NCBI GenBank assembly: GCA_050575255.1
Contig: JBNZDD010013681.1
Span: 4,001,147 to 4,065,146 of the forward strand
Source of the DNA: Harriotta raleighana
Lineage: Eukaryota
Direction of reading: 5' to 3'
Length of the DNA stretch: 64,000 nt
Both the position numbers and the translations under genes were made by a program. The notes beneath the pieces were generated by a model. The model saw nothing but the letters and a program-made list of their open reading frames with translations, was not told the DNA's origin and made no database searches. This document shows positions 37,652 to 50,889 of the stretch, in pieces. Within the stretch, counting starts at the first letter, position 1. Each line of letters opens with the position of its first letter.

Positions 37652-38186
37652 CTGGGACACTGCTGTGCGAAGTTGGCTGCTACATCTATCCCACAAGTGT
37701 ACGTACAATAAATTCACTTTACAGTATATTCTGTGAAGTGCTTTGAGATGTCTAAAAGATGTGAAACGCGCTACTTCAAATGAAAGGATTATTCCACCGC
37801 TCCTAATATAATAATAATCCTTCACGTCTTCTAGATGTCTCAAAGCGCTTCACAGAATATACTGTAAAGTAAAATGACTGTATATATGTGGGCGAATCGC
37901 TGCAACCAATTTCTCACAGCAGTGTCCCACAAACAGTTGTAGATTTAAATGATTGATGTTTTTTTTTTGGAGGGATTATTATCAGGTGTGTGGAGTAAGG
38001 AAAAGTTTCCTGGAATTGAACCCAGGTCTCTCGCTTGTAAGACGAGTGCTCTACCCACNATTTATCTTTTTTTTGGAGGGATTATTATCAGGTGTGTGGA
38101 GTAAGGAAACTTGCCCAATTTGCCTGGAATTGAACCCAGGTCTCTCGCTTGTAAGACGAGTGCTCTACCCACCTAGCTGCAGGACT
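37652..38186. mobile_element. Tail-to-tail SINE pair (37652-37792 +, 37808-38186 -)
   Basis: A sense 3' half is followed about 15 nt later by an antisense copy. Confidence 0.85.
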
Positions 38187-39357
38187 TCACAATACCCTTG
38201 CAACAAATTTGTGGGAACAAGAGCGATTTCAAGCATTACCAACCAGGAGTCATCCACATGTTCCATCTCATACTTACTTTGCCTCTGCCCAGGTTCCGCC
38301 ACCCTCAGTCATTCTGTCAAACCTGGGTACTCACACCCAGCCCTGAAGCTACAGTTGTATAGATCAGTTGTGACGGAGGGGGAAAGCTGACAGCAGGGAA
38401 CCTCCCCAAAACATGGAAAAGCCCCCGAGGCAGTGTGGAGAGGATAACAATTTAAGAGTGAATTTTTTTTTTACACGTTACAATTATTCGATTTAACTGG
38501 AGTTTAGGTGACAAAATGTCTTGGTTTGTCACCTTGATTCAACTGGGTGACTTGCAGGAGTCCATTTCTGGTCATGTTTCCCCAAGGCAGCCCACAACTA
38601 TGACGCAAGAGCTCTGAGCTCTAGGAATTTGCTTAGACAGAGCGCTGACTGAGTCATCAGCGTAGGGCTAAGCTGCTGTTGCAATCTCTTGTCAGATTTG
38701 CCATAAGAAAGACACACTGCAGATGGTGGAAATATATCTTTTCAGACAGATTTAACATTTCATGTAGGGCAGTGCAGATATCATAACCCTCCTGTGAGTA
38801 ATGCAATAGGTAGTGAAGCCTTTAATACTTTCTACACAGTTTTCTGGTCTGTCTTTACTTAGGGAGATGTCTGTGCCAAAAGCAGAAGTGAATATTTGCA
38901 GCTTTTCCACTATCTTCGCTGTTCACAGTCATTCCTGTTTTTGGTCAGTGTAAAAGCTTGATGCAATAAAATTAATATAATATTTACCAATACTGCATTA
39001 TAATTATTCCTTAAAGAAAAAATATAGCACCCAGTTTCCATAGGCATGACAGTGTTAGAGAGGTTTTTGCAATTTGTACATTGGCGTTTGCTTCTAATTT
39101 TTCCATATTATAATACTGATTGACACTGTTGTTTCTAGAGGTGAAGAATTCAATGTTTGTATTTTCCTTATCTTACTCCTTCACGAACCTAGGTTGAATC
39201 TCACCTGATATTCACACCTATGCACACATGACGAACCTTGACTTGACTCTTTCCCCCACTTTTTTCGTCACTTTTTAGTCCAGGAAAATTGAGGTCAATT
39301 ATTGTACCTGCTACCTGTCTATATATGATTAGCATGAAAAAGATGAAGGATTTAAAC

Positions 39358-39868
39358 TTATAATAATAATAAGCCTTGCATTTGTTGTAGTGCTTTATCA
39401 CGTCTTTGAAATGTCTTAAAGTGCTTTACAGAATATACTGCATATTTTGTGGGCTGTACGCCTTTTCTTTTGACACCGACCAATGTTATTTTCTTTGAGT
39501 CACATTCTCGAAGTGTGGAGGTGTCTCTTTTATGTCTCAGGGTGTGGAGAACAAACTTTAATAATAACAAATCCTTGCATTTGATGTAGCTCTTTTCATG
39601 TCTTCTAGACGCCTCAGAGCGCTTCACAGAATATACTATACAGAATATACTATAAAGTGAATTCACTGTATATTTGTGGGAGAATCGTGGTAGCCAATTG
39701 CACACAACAGTTTCCCAAAAACAGTTGTGGATTGAAAATGACCAAATAATAAAAAAATTTTGAGGGATTATTATCAGGTAAGGAAACTCGCCCAAGGTTT
39801 GGCCCTGCCTGGAATTGAACGCCTTGCAAGGCAAGTAATGTATTTTAACCACTGAACTCCAGGACTCC
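39358..39868 (-). mobile_element. Two SINE copies (39358-39455 tail, 39558-39868 full)
   Basis: Antisense tails aataataa.ccttgcatttg and head accactgaactccaggactcc. Confidence 0.85.
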
Positions 39869-40744
39869 AGACTTTGTTACAAGTCTATTTGCAGTCCTTC
39901 TCTCCCCAGTGCGTGGAGCTGGCATTGTGGATGACATTCCTGCTACCTATATTTATTTCCATTCCTGATACTGTACCTATATTTATTTCCATGTGATTTT
40001 GCTCAGGAATTAAAATTCTTCATTTCGCCACTGGCTTTCCAATGTACTAGAACTCCTTCAAATTTCCCATTTACTGGAATCGATCGGTGGGTTAAACCCA
40101 TGCCATTTGGGGGAAAGTTTGAAAGGTGATTGGATATCTTGATCATCATCTTGCTCTGAGCTAAACAAATAGTGTCAAATAGTGTCGATACGTCAGAGCA
40201 GCAACTGGTGGTTGTTAACATCCAGAGAGAGTCGGAAGTCACTGTTATCAGCACAAACATAGGCAGAGCCTTTGTGTCAATATCTGGGCTAAAATTAGGC
40301 ACCCAGAGTATTGGAGCGGGTATCCTGTTAACTCATTGACTCTCGAGACCGCTCAGTAAACACACGACCCAGAGCTGTTCTAATTCCGTGTGTTTGTGAT
40401 TATGGTGGTAGTGATGGGGATGGGGGAGGGGTGGAAGGGAAGGATGGAGAGAGGGAGGGAAGGAGTGGGACACAGAACAACATTTGTATTAAGTGAAAGA
40501 AATCTTAAACTGCAGACCATCACAATGGGTTGACTTGATTCTGCCAACCCATTGTTAAGCATGTCAGCTCGGAGTCAGCTGAGCCACAACGAGTCCCTGC
40601 TTTCACCCCCCCACCCATCACCAAGGGAGGACAGTAACTAGTGGAACATTTGACATCAGACAAACACATGTTTGAGCTCTCATGAGGAGTCGGCCAGGTA
40701 CCAGGAATTATCCACTTTGTTTCCCAAAAGAGAATTATATGCAT

Positions 40745-40931
40745 CAGTGGTGTCCAACCCTTTTGCTCAGGCAACCAAATACATTTGTTTTTATTTGATA
40801 TAGTGCCAGCACCATAAACATCATCACCCATAGGATACTGGAAACAAAACAGATTCACCTGGACTAGTGCGACTATTCATTGGCCCCCATGAGATATTTC
40901 CAGCCCGCAGGCCATGGGTTGACTACCACTG
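40745..40931. mobile_element. hAT-type MITE
   Basis: TIRs cagtggtgtccaacc / ggttgactaccactg and subterminal gcccgcaggcc; the 8-bp TSD is degraded (atatgcat vs ttgtgtac). Confidence 0.65.
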
Positions 40932-41744
40932 TTGTGTACTTAAATAAAAGTAAAATGAAAGGGGATGAAATGGAACAGAGGAATGGGGTAAGAGCAGATA
41001 GCATCAGTGAGACAGCTAGCAATGATAGGCTAAATTACTTCCATCTGTGCTCCAATTTCTCTTTCATATGTGATTCTACTGTTGAGAGTGAAGTAAGGGT
41101 TTTATTTTGGTGAGCCAAGTGTCTAACATATGTGGTAACTCAATATCATGCTTAACAGTATCCAAACCAAACTACTGTTGAGTTCTACCCATGTGTAGAT
41201 ATTTCCCAATCATCTGAAATGGAGTGCGCATTCTCTCCCCAGAGCAACACACTGTTTTACCTAAAGCCAGAGTGTTTGGGGACTGGACTCCAGATACTCC
41301 AGGTACTATTGTCGTTTAAGGAACTAAAACCGCAGAGCTTGCCATTGCAAACACTTTCTGCCAAGCTTTCTGCCACTTGTCCAGTTCTGATCACCCTATA
41401 TTTTAGGGTTTGGGATTGCAGAGTTAACAGGAGTGGTGTGTGAAGAATTCCTTTTTTGGTAAGTGTGGGTATTTAGTTTATTAAAAACACAGGCAGACCC
41501 TGTTTTTTCACGAGGGACTGATATAAACGCAAGTTGTGTCTCTGTACAGAGCAAATTTAAAAATCCTTACTCATAGGTTTATATGAGAAGTTCAAACTGC
41601 ATGCCATGTCCCATATCAACACTTATCAACTCGGTGACAAAAATGTTCACGAATACAATGAAAGACATCTCCTGTACCAGCTGTACACACTTAAGAAATA
41701 GAAAAACATAATTAATAACTTAAAAACTCTATGTAAGAACTTCT

Positions 41745-42357
41745 CATTCTTGCCGGACTCCACTGGCTCCCCATCACACAGAGGATTCAATTCAACAACA
41801 ACAAAATTACACTTGTATAGACCCTTTCATGTAAGGAGGACGTCCCAATGCGCTGGACAGTTATGCTTCAGACCTGAGCTTAGGATGGGGGAGTGGGAGG
41901 GGGAATTGCCGATGGGTCCATCAAAGAGGAGAGTCTTGAGGCGGGACTTGAAGGAGGCCAGGGAGGGGTCCTTACTTTTAAAGTCCTTCATGGCCTTGCA
42001 CCCGACCATTCCCTACCTCTGCAACCGCCTAACCACCCTACCAACCTGTTACCTCCGTTCAGTGGGCTCCAGCCTGCTTCACGTCCACCCGTTCCACCAT
42101 TGACGGTCAAGCTTTTAACCATTCTGCCCCCAAACTATGAAATTCCATCCTGCAATCCCTCCACCTCGCCCCTTCCCTAGCCTTCTTCCAAGTCCTGCCT
42201 CAAGACCCTTCTCTTCAAGCATGCCATCAATCACCCTCTTCCCGCCCCTCCCTCCACCCTCCCCGATCTGAGCTCTGTCTGAAACACTGACTGTCCAGCG
42301 CCTTAGGATGTCCTCCAAAAGTGAATGGCACTATACAGATGTAATTTTGTTGTTGTT
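41745..42357 (+). mobile_element. L2 3' fragment containing an antisense L2 tail (41794-41968)
   Basis: LHWLPITQRIQF is interrupted and resumes VLTFKVLHGLAP; the insert is the reverse complement of the L2 3' end. Confidence 0.85.
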
Positions 42358-42839
42358 CATTCACCCCATATAGTGACACAACTACAGCCAGTTTTTGAGC
42401 ATGGCTTCACAGGATATCAGTTTAACTGGTGTTCTATCTTAGCTGCACTAAAATATCAGTTTATCTCCTTGAACAGAGCAAAATATAGTACTAAAATCAG
42501 CATTCTAAAGAGCCAAACCCTTGAAGGTGGCTTAACCCCCACCCACCATTGTTGTCTTTACCCTCATCTGCCCCTCACAATGAGACACAATGCTCAGACC
42601 ATAAGCAATGCATAGAAAACTGTGATGCTTGTAACAAATTCAATAACACATTTAATAGTTATCAAATCTGTGGAGAAATGATATATTTCTTACCCTTACA
42701 TTTTCACAGATACATTATGATCCCACAGAGTGCCCAGTTATGATTTGGTTATTAATTTGCTGTTCATAACATCCACTGACTACAGAGCTTCTTCAGAATC
42801 AGGTTCAAATGATTTCTTGGAAATCATTCATGCCTCAGT

Positions 42840-43151
42840 TAATAATAATAATACTCCTTGCATTTGACATAGCCCTTTCCACATCTTCCAGACATCTCAA
42901 AGCGCTTCACAGAATGTACTGTAAAGTGAATTGACTGTATATATGTGGGCGAAACACGGCAGCCAATTGTGCACAGAGGTGTCCTAGATCCAGTCGTGGA
43001 TTGAAATGACTAACTTATTATTGCTTTTTTGAGGGATTATTATCAGGTGTGTGGAGAAAGGAAACTTGCCCAATGTTTCGCCCTGCCTGGAATTGAATCC
43101 AGGTCTCTCGCTTGTAAGGCAAGTGCTCTAACCACTGAGCTACAGAACTCC
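42840..43151 (-). mobile_element. tRNA-headed SINE, full length
   Basis: Full antisense consensus. Confidence 0.9.
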
Positions 43152-43764
43152 AATTACCTGGCATTCACAAGAGAGGTCCAGATACCATCCTTACCAAATT
43201 AGCAACTCTGCTACAATCACAGGCTGTTTTTCAATGATTGGTGCTCTCTCTGCCAGACAGTGTCCACACCGATAGATGAAAGGGTTTTGCCCCCACCCAC
43301 CAAGCATCCTCTGTGACCTCCTAACCCTCTACCAACTTGTTCGCCCCCTCCGCTCAGCCGGGAGGGTTGTCGTTGTCATATTAAACACCTGAAACCCTGA
43401 GTTTGTTAAATGAAAATTGCAATTAGTGCAGCATCTCCCAATTTGCAATTGCCGTATTTTCATCCCCATTGACCCCAAATTGCAGCGACCACCACCCGAT
43501 AAGGAGGGTGTTTTCTCTTTGTCCCTTTCAGGCTTTAATGTTCCTGTCCCTGATTGTTTCAGATCATCACTATGCATCCTAAATCAATTAATTGAGCAGC
43601 ATATTCTGTGGAGCGCTTTGAGACGTCACAAAAACGTGATAAGGTGCTATAACAAAAACAACTTGGATTTATATAGCGCTCTCCCTGATGCTCTCTCACA
43701 CAAGGATTATTATTGCTAAGTAGTAAAATCCCAATTGGGATTTGGAATTCCTTAGGTTCCTAGG

Positions 43765-44140
43765 TTATAATAATAATCCTTGTATTTGATATAGAGCCTC
43801 AAAGTTGAATTGTGTCAGAGCATTTTACAGGATATTACAGTAAAGATTAGCGCTTGCTTTTTGTCGGTAACACAAATCAGCCAACGTGCACACAGCAATG
43901 TCCCACAAACATAATCATGACCAGTTTTATCTGGAGGAATGTTGTCTGCGCTCCCAGGAGAAACTCCCTGCAAATAGTATCCTGGGATTTTTATTGTGTA
44001 CCTGTGCAGGCACAGACAGGACCACTGTTTAACATTTCATCTCATCTCACAGCAGTGCACTGACTAGATGGTGAGTTTAAAGTCTCAATGCAGGGCTTGA
44101 GCCTACAACATTTATGACTCAGAACCCACAGTTGAGTGAG
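43765..44140 (-). mobile_element. Older Deu-domain SINE
   Basis: Antisense tail and core; tttaacatttcatc...ttgagcctacaacatttatgactcaga. Confidence 0.6.
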
Positions 44141-45959
44141 GCTGACACCAATCCTCTTTGCAGCTCCACAGTGTAAATGTGCCCTCAAGGTCACAGAGAG
44201 AGAAAAGAATAAAGTTAACATTTCCAAATAAAAAGTGACGTTTATGGGTCATTTCACAGTTGCTGGTTTACAATGTCACATCAGCTTTTCAGCTTAAAGG
44301 CAAGGGGCCAAAGAAGGGGGTGGGACAATTAAATTCATATTTCCTTTTGATATTACTTTACCACAAGAGGGTGGGTTTATTTTTACACTCTGTGTGGAAA
44401 GCACACACATGCTGTGGAGATAGGAAGGAGAGGGAATTTCATACATGGCAGAGTTAGGCACAGTGGGGTTTGTGATATGTTTACTGTAGTTTTTGAAGGA
44501 CTGCACCTCCGGCCAAAAGAAAGACAATAGTCTCAGTGTTTTGCAAACACCTCACAGCTGGGAGATTAGTTCCTGGGCACCGAGGGAACAGTACTGTTTT
44601 CCATTGCAGTGTTTGTGCCTGATGGGGGTGGGGGTGGGGTGGTACATATTTCAGTGCTCTGGTGACAGAGAGTGTGCGTAAGGCATAAAAGCTCTTTTAT
44701 TATCTCCTTGCTGGTCAGAATCTTGTTCGAAGAAGGCAGCTGGCTGGCAGACACTGCCTCTGGTGAAACCTGCTCCTGCCACCAACTCCCAGGAGATCAA
44801 ACCAAAGTCCTTTTCTATTGTAAATTGTAATTCGAATATCGAGTTTGTGTTTCTCCAACTCCCCTCCCCCGCCCTTCCCCTCCCTATTTCCCGCCAGAGT
44901 TGGTCGATGAAAGGATATGTTTCTAAGAGTCTGAGGAACAGTTTCTCAAACTTTAATACTGTACTTAAACTCTGGGAAACCTCTACCTACTGCCGGTCTG
45001 TTGAGTGTTCAGTTTCAAATGTTTTTTGTACTGAAGAGGGTGTACGTAGTGCTGGTTGGATGGATGATGGAATATTTCTCTGCAGATCATATCACCAGCT
45101 TCAGCACCACTGTAATATCAAAAACTGCTTGCCCTGTATGACAAAAAGTGCATGAATTGTGATGACATGTACAAGTCTCCAAACCAATCGTCTTCCAGCC
45201 TCATTCTTCTCCTTTCACAAAATCAAATGTTCAAGAGCATGGGTGAAGGTGTTGAGCCCGGCCCAGTGCCCTGGGAAAGCAGACTTGGGATCTACTCTGC
45301 TCAATTCACCCAACACCCCAGGAGCCAGCTGTCAGAAATTTGCCCAGGTTTGTGGAAAAGTTCATGCAGAGAAGCCGTCGCACTCCTACAAGTCATTGAA
45401 ACAAATTGACATCCTCCCCTCGTGAACAGCACAATACAAGTGTAATTTTGTTGTTATTGTTGAGGCAAATTAGCAAGTGACAGTAAAACTACAACTCCCC
45501 AGGTCTACTCCTGTTTACCAAATTGAGGTGGGGGAAGGTCATGAGGAACTGGAATGCCCTACCAAGATTGTTGCTTGAAACATAATCCATAAGAGCTTTC
45601 CAAATGATATTTAGGAAAATATACTAGCATTGGAAAGTATTTATGTAGTATTTTGGAGCAGCCAGAATTAGTCAAATTCTTAAATAATTTCTTTTGTAAA
45701 CTTCAGAGCTGGCGCTGAATTCAACAACTTGCCAAATGTTCCAAAACGCCGGATAAATAGAGTTAAATCTCGAGCCAGCTTGAATTTCTCCAATCAGTGT
45801 TCTCAGGGGAGAAACAGAGTTCCTGTTTGGAACAAGCAGGATTACATGTGGCAGGATGTGCTTCATACCTGAGGTTTATCCTCGAAGAACATTTTGGCTA
45901 CGTGGCTGGGGATACAATGAGTGCAGATATTTGCCGAGTTACCTCTGAGAGGAAGAGAA

Positions 45960-46362
45960 ATACAACAATTTACATTTATATCATGGTGCAGTATCTCGGG
46001 AGTGCTCAACAGAAGTGTAGCTAGACACCAAACTGGGGGGAGGGAGGAGATGAATGTAAGCACAGTTGAAGAGGAAGGTCGTGATCTGAAATAGGGGAAG
46101 GAGGGGGCAAGGCAAAGGGATTGGGGGACAGTTCCAAAGCATCGAGGCGTAGTGGCTGAAAGCATGGCCGCCAATAGTGAAGTGGAAGGTACGAGAGACA
46201 AGTAGGAGGCCCGAGCCAGCCAAGTGGAGGCAAAGGGTAATGGATTGAACAAAAAGCAGGATGGAGAGGTAGGGAGGTGCCATGGAGTGAAGAGATTTCT
46301 CGGCAATTTTGAGTATTTTGAAATCCATCTGTTCTGTGATAGGGAGCCAATGGAGCCTGGTT
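45960..46362 (-). mobile_element. L2 3' fragment
   Basis: Minus ORF DFKIL..KSLHSMAPPYLS...TIGGHAFSHYASMLWN. Confidence 0.82.
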
Positions 46363-46594
46363 AGGAATAAAAATTATTCAGAATGAAATGTGTGTTGTTA
46401 TTAGAGCCAAAATCCGGGAGCTAATATGCACCAGCAATGAGTCATAAACAACAATGAGATGTGTATGGATTGAGGGGTAAATTTTGATGAGGAGTGGAAA
46501 TGTAAGGCAGGACACCGGGAGAAAGATTAATAACATAATAATACAAAAGTATGATCTGAATATATAATAATAAACTGATTATTAATAACTATTT

Positions 46595-46873
46595 TGGAGT
46601 TCTATAACTCAGTGGTTAGAGCACTCGCCTTATAAACAAGAGAACTTGGACAAGTTTCCTTACTCCACATGCCTAATAATAATCCATCAAAAATAAATAA
46701 TAATAAATTGGTTATTTCATTCCACGGCTGTTTGTGGGACACTGCTGTGTGCAATTGTCTGCCGTGTTTTGCCCCCAAATTTATATAGTCAATTCACTTT
46801 CCAGTATACTCTGTGAAGCACTTTGGGACGTTGAGAAGATGTGAAAAGCGCTATATCAAATGCAATATTATTA
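46595..46873 (+). mobile_element. tRNA-headed SINE
   Basis: taactcagtggttagagcactcgcc head (B-box deleted), core and tail. Confidence 0.87.
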
Positions 46874-47544
46874 ATGTTTTCAGCCCTCTGCAGATTTCAA
46901 AAGCAATTTATTTCTGGAGAAGGGGAGAGGTGTCAAGAGAAAGAAAAGCCACCAGTTACAGTATAAAACGTCTTTCAAAGTTTGTGTGTAACTGAGATGT
47001 GGTGTCTCATTGGGTTTGTCCTGGTTAGAAATGAAATGCTCCATCCAATTGCATCAGTTTTGATCTCAGCTCATTGTGATGTTTCTCTGAGGAAATGGAT
47101 CTGCACTGCTACGTTCATTAGATAATTGTAGGGGGGAAAACAACATCATGGAAAACGGAGGCCACCTTCCTGTTGCCAGAGCAACTGAAGTGGACAGGGT
47201 CAAAGTGTGACTGATTCACTCATGAGTCCAATGTGAAGTAAGTGAGCATGTCTGTGTAAACTGGACCACCTCCTCACCAGCTGCCTCATGGAGTCACACA
47301 GGCAAAGGTCAATGGATCAATGAAATGAAGCCAATCACACTCACACAGCAGAAACTGCAGCAGTCGATATTTTTTCGGAGTCCCCGCAGAGCAATGAAAA
47401 ACACACTCCCTTCTGATTACCGTAGAGAAACTGCAATTGTTTTTTATGGGTTGATATTTTGTTAAAGAAAAGAACAAGGCTGTCTTTTTTTTCCAGCTGT
47501 AATTATGCAAATATAAGCATTTAAACATATTTGGGAGAATTGAA

Positions 47545-47705
47545 ATGTAAATGTAAGAATTTCAGCATATATGTAAGAATTTAAGTGTAAGAATTTAAGT
47601 GTAAATGCTAGAATTTCTGTGTCAATATAGGGATTTAAATGTAAACATAAGAATTTAGATATAATTATAAGAATTTAAGTATCAATACATGAATTAAATG
47701 TAAAT
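47545..47705 (+). repeat. Degenerate AT-rich tandem repeat
   Basis: Recurring tgtaagaatttaag units. Confidence 0.7.
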
Positions 47706-48204
47706 TCTGGTCCCTCAATCCAACACTGTCAGTGGGATACTGCTGTGCGTAATTGGCTGCCATGTTTTGCCTTCAAAATATTCACTTTATAGTATATTCT
47801 GTGAAGTGCTTTGAGATGTTTAAGAGCTCTGGGATGCAACCCTGTGTGAGGGGTGCTTTATAACTGCAAGTTGTTGTCTCACATTGTGAGCGCTGTATCA
47901 ACTACAAGGATTATTATAATTAAATACAAGGATTTAAATGTACCTGTGAGATGTGAAGGTACATTAGAAGGCCACCACATAAAGGCACAGTGGCCTCTTT
48001 GAGGCTCTGTGTTGTGGCATTTGAGATGGCATATGGTTTTTTCATCTAGCTGGGGTATGTCCTTGGAGACAAGGATTGTAAAAACACCAGCAGTCATTGT
48101 TTTACAATGTCCAGTTGTGTCTGCTTTACAAGCTTTTGTAACATAAAGTGAATTCATGACTGACCAATGCTGTTGATGACCTCGAAGTGGGATCCTTTGA
48201 GATA

Positions 48205-48413
48205 AGAATAATAATTCATCCCCCCAAAAATTGATCATTTCAATCGATGACTGTTTGTGGGACACCGTTGTGAGCAATTGGCTGCCGTGTTTCGCCCACA
48301 AATATACAGTCAATTCACTTTACAGTATATTCTGTGAAGCACTTTGAGACGTCTAGATGAAATTAGAAGCGCTATAGTCAAATGCAAGTACTGTAGTAGT
48401 ATTATTATTATTA
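48205..48413 (+). mobile_element. SINE 3' part
   Basis: Core and tail match the consensus. Confidence 0.85.
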
Positions 48414-50059
48414 TCCCAGTGTTCTATGTCACATTAAAGAGGAAGCTCGCGCTGTCAAATTTACATTTACAGAATTATTCTGGTGAAATTGCAACATTTC
48501 ATAACAAGTTAAATGTGGTAATTATTGACTTGCCTACAAAATACACAAGTTATTGCGCTTCACAATAAAAATCCTGTGAAGGATTTTGAGACTGTCCGCA
48601 GTTTCTCACTCTCTTTTTGAGTAGTGCCACATGATACTTAACATCCATTTGAACTGGCAGACAGCCCTTGATTTAATATCTGAAGGATCACACCTCCAAC
48701 AATGCATCACATCACCAGCACTGTATCGGAGTGAGGGTTTGACTGTGTTAAGTCAATGTCTTTGTCAGGAAAGTGCAATGGCTGATTTCCTAATCAAGGG
48801 TACAGCAATATAGCACTGAACCTATGTGTTTACAACAAAAACTCTCAGGTTATAGATCTGAATAGGTTATGGTCTGAATACTACCCATAAACAGGTAACC
48901 AAGTCAACACAACATACTGCAGAACAGCAGTTTCTCAACAGGCCCTCGCTACTCGAGTGAAAATGTTCTTTGTTCTATACTCGAACAGCTTCTCTTTCTT
49001 TGGTCAGCCATCCTTTGGCCTTGGGTGTCTGACACATGCATGTAAACCCAACCCTATGTCTAAGAGTATCCAACCAAACTGACAGTTCTATGCATCCCGA
49101 CATGTGAAAATTCCAGTGTGTTTAAATGAAATGTGCACTCTCCCTGGAGGATTGCATTCTGCTTACCTAACTCCAGAGAGTATTAGGCACAGTTTGGCAA
49201 GTGGTAAGGCACGCGGGTCTATTTTCAACAACAACCACAAAGTTATATTTGTAGAGCACCTTTCATGTTGGGAGGATGTCCCAAGACTCTGAATACTCAA
49301 CTGGCTTGTTCCAATGTTTGTTTTTATTTCTTGCTCCTCTTCTGAAGGCACTGGCTCCTGTTGGGCTGCAGTATTCTAGGGCTGACCACCAGATCTCTAA
49401 AGTGGCCAATCTTCTTGTGCGAAACCCACACTGAATGAGTGAATGCTCTTTGAGCAACAACAACTTGCATTTACATAGCGCACTCCAACCTGGGCAGTGT
49501 CTCATAGCCACCCTGATCTCACTTGACATCAATGCACAACAGTTTCCACTAAGAGAAGTGAGTCACTGGATGCGGATTAGGAAAGTGAAACTTGCTTGTT
49601 ATTTTGCCCTTACCCTAGTCAGAGGAATTACCCTTGTATTTTAATGCTGAATGCAGACTTTCAGTCTGACAAACATTGGTTTGTGTTGTTAGGTGGAGCT
49701 GTTGAATCTTCCTATTTTGGCGCTGTTCTGTATCAATTTGAGTCTCTGCAAAGCTCACCCAGAAATGTGCTTTCATCAGCAGAGTACAGTGCAGATATGA
49801 AGATATAATATTCCTGCTGGGTGAAAGGTTCAGAGATGAGCAATAAAAGAGCTCCCTGAGGGCAGCGAGTGTAATGTTTAACATCTCAGGCCTGCTTAAG
49901 TGCTTTTGGTTTGAGCCGCACAACCTTAGATAGTGAGAGGGAGGTAGTGCGAGCTACAGGCATTCCCCTCATGCTGAGCTTGCAATCACAGCTGGGTCAG
50001 CCAGAGGTGTCATAATGTTAGGAACTTTCCACTGGGAGAGATAGTGTTTGTGTCAGTCT

Positions 50060-50502
50060 GGCGCAGTGGTGGTCGTCTTGGCCTCAGTATCAAAAGGTTG
50101 TGGGTTCTTAGATTGGGACTTGGAATCACATAGTCTAAAATGACCTTCTATTGCAGTGCGGGGGGGTGGGGGGGGGGTGAGGGGCGTGGGAGGGGGGCTG
50201 ATTTTGCAGTGTTTGAGGTGCTGTTAATCCAAGCTTCCATTTGCTTGTTCAGGCTTGTCCATAGCACTATTTGAAAGAGAAGGATGTTCCTGCCAGTATC
50301 CTGGCCAGCAAACCCACCAAACTAAATTGGCCACTCTCTCCACGGCAGTTTATGGGACACTGCTGTGCGCAACTGGCTGCCACATTGCACCCACAAAATA
50401 CACATTCAATCCACTTTACAGTGTATTCTGTGAAGCACTTTTGAGAGGTCTCAACTGCTTGATAAGGTATATAATGGCTACGTCAAATGCAAGGATTATT
50501 AT
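50060..50502 (+). mobile_element. Older Deu-domain SINE with internal G-run
   Basis: ggcgcagtggtgg...aaggttgtgggttc head; ccatagcactatttgaaag domain; core and tail. Confidence 0.65.
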
Positions 50503-50870
50503 AGTGGGCGAGGCACTCCAATCAGTTCTCCTGTATCTTTTGGAAACCATTTACAGAGCGACAGACAGAGCCTTGGAATAGGTCATTCAGCAGCCCTGCC
50601 AGTCAACAGAGAACTTAAAAGGCTTTCACTGAGCTCCTGCAATGATTTACTGCAGGGGGTTTCAACTGGTCAATCATTGCTAAGTCGCCTCTCACACATG
50701 TTCAATAAAAACAAGAAGAAGGAAGGACTGCAAATTTACAGTTACAATAGAATTTATATTTTTATTTCAAGGTACATGAAATACTTGGTGCATCTGGCTT
50801 CGTTTTCAATTGGACTAAACATTTATGAAGTTCTGTCACTTTTCCCTTTGTCTTTTTGATCGTGTGTGAG

Positions 50871-50889
50871 AGTGCCACCTAGCGGTGAT
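50871..50889 (-). promoter_or_regulatory. CTCF-binding motif
   Basis: Minus strand reads CACCGCTAGGTGGCACT, close to the CTCF core CCASYAGRKGGCRS, in non-repetitive intron sequence with its CpG retained. Confidence 0.6.

Noticed and set aside
38644-38662. Quasi-palindrome gctgactgagtcatcagc around an AP-1 site
   Set aside because: Short motif with no independent support.
39358-39852. 164-aa ORF and similar 100-147-aa ORFs (27144, 37953, 45863, 47879)
   Set aside because: They lie largely within SINE or L2 copies and share the same translated repeat phrases.
43075-43151. tRNA-like sequences (also near 1310, 16480, 19595, 30290, 37190)
   Set aside because: A/B boxes are present, but each runs straight into the SINE body and lacks a proper acceptor stem. 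These are SINE heads, not tRNA genes.
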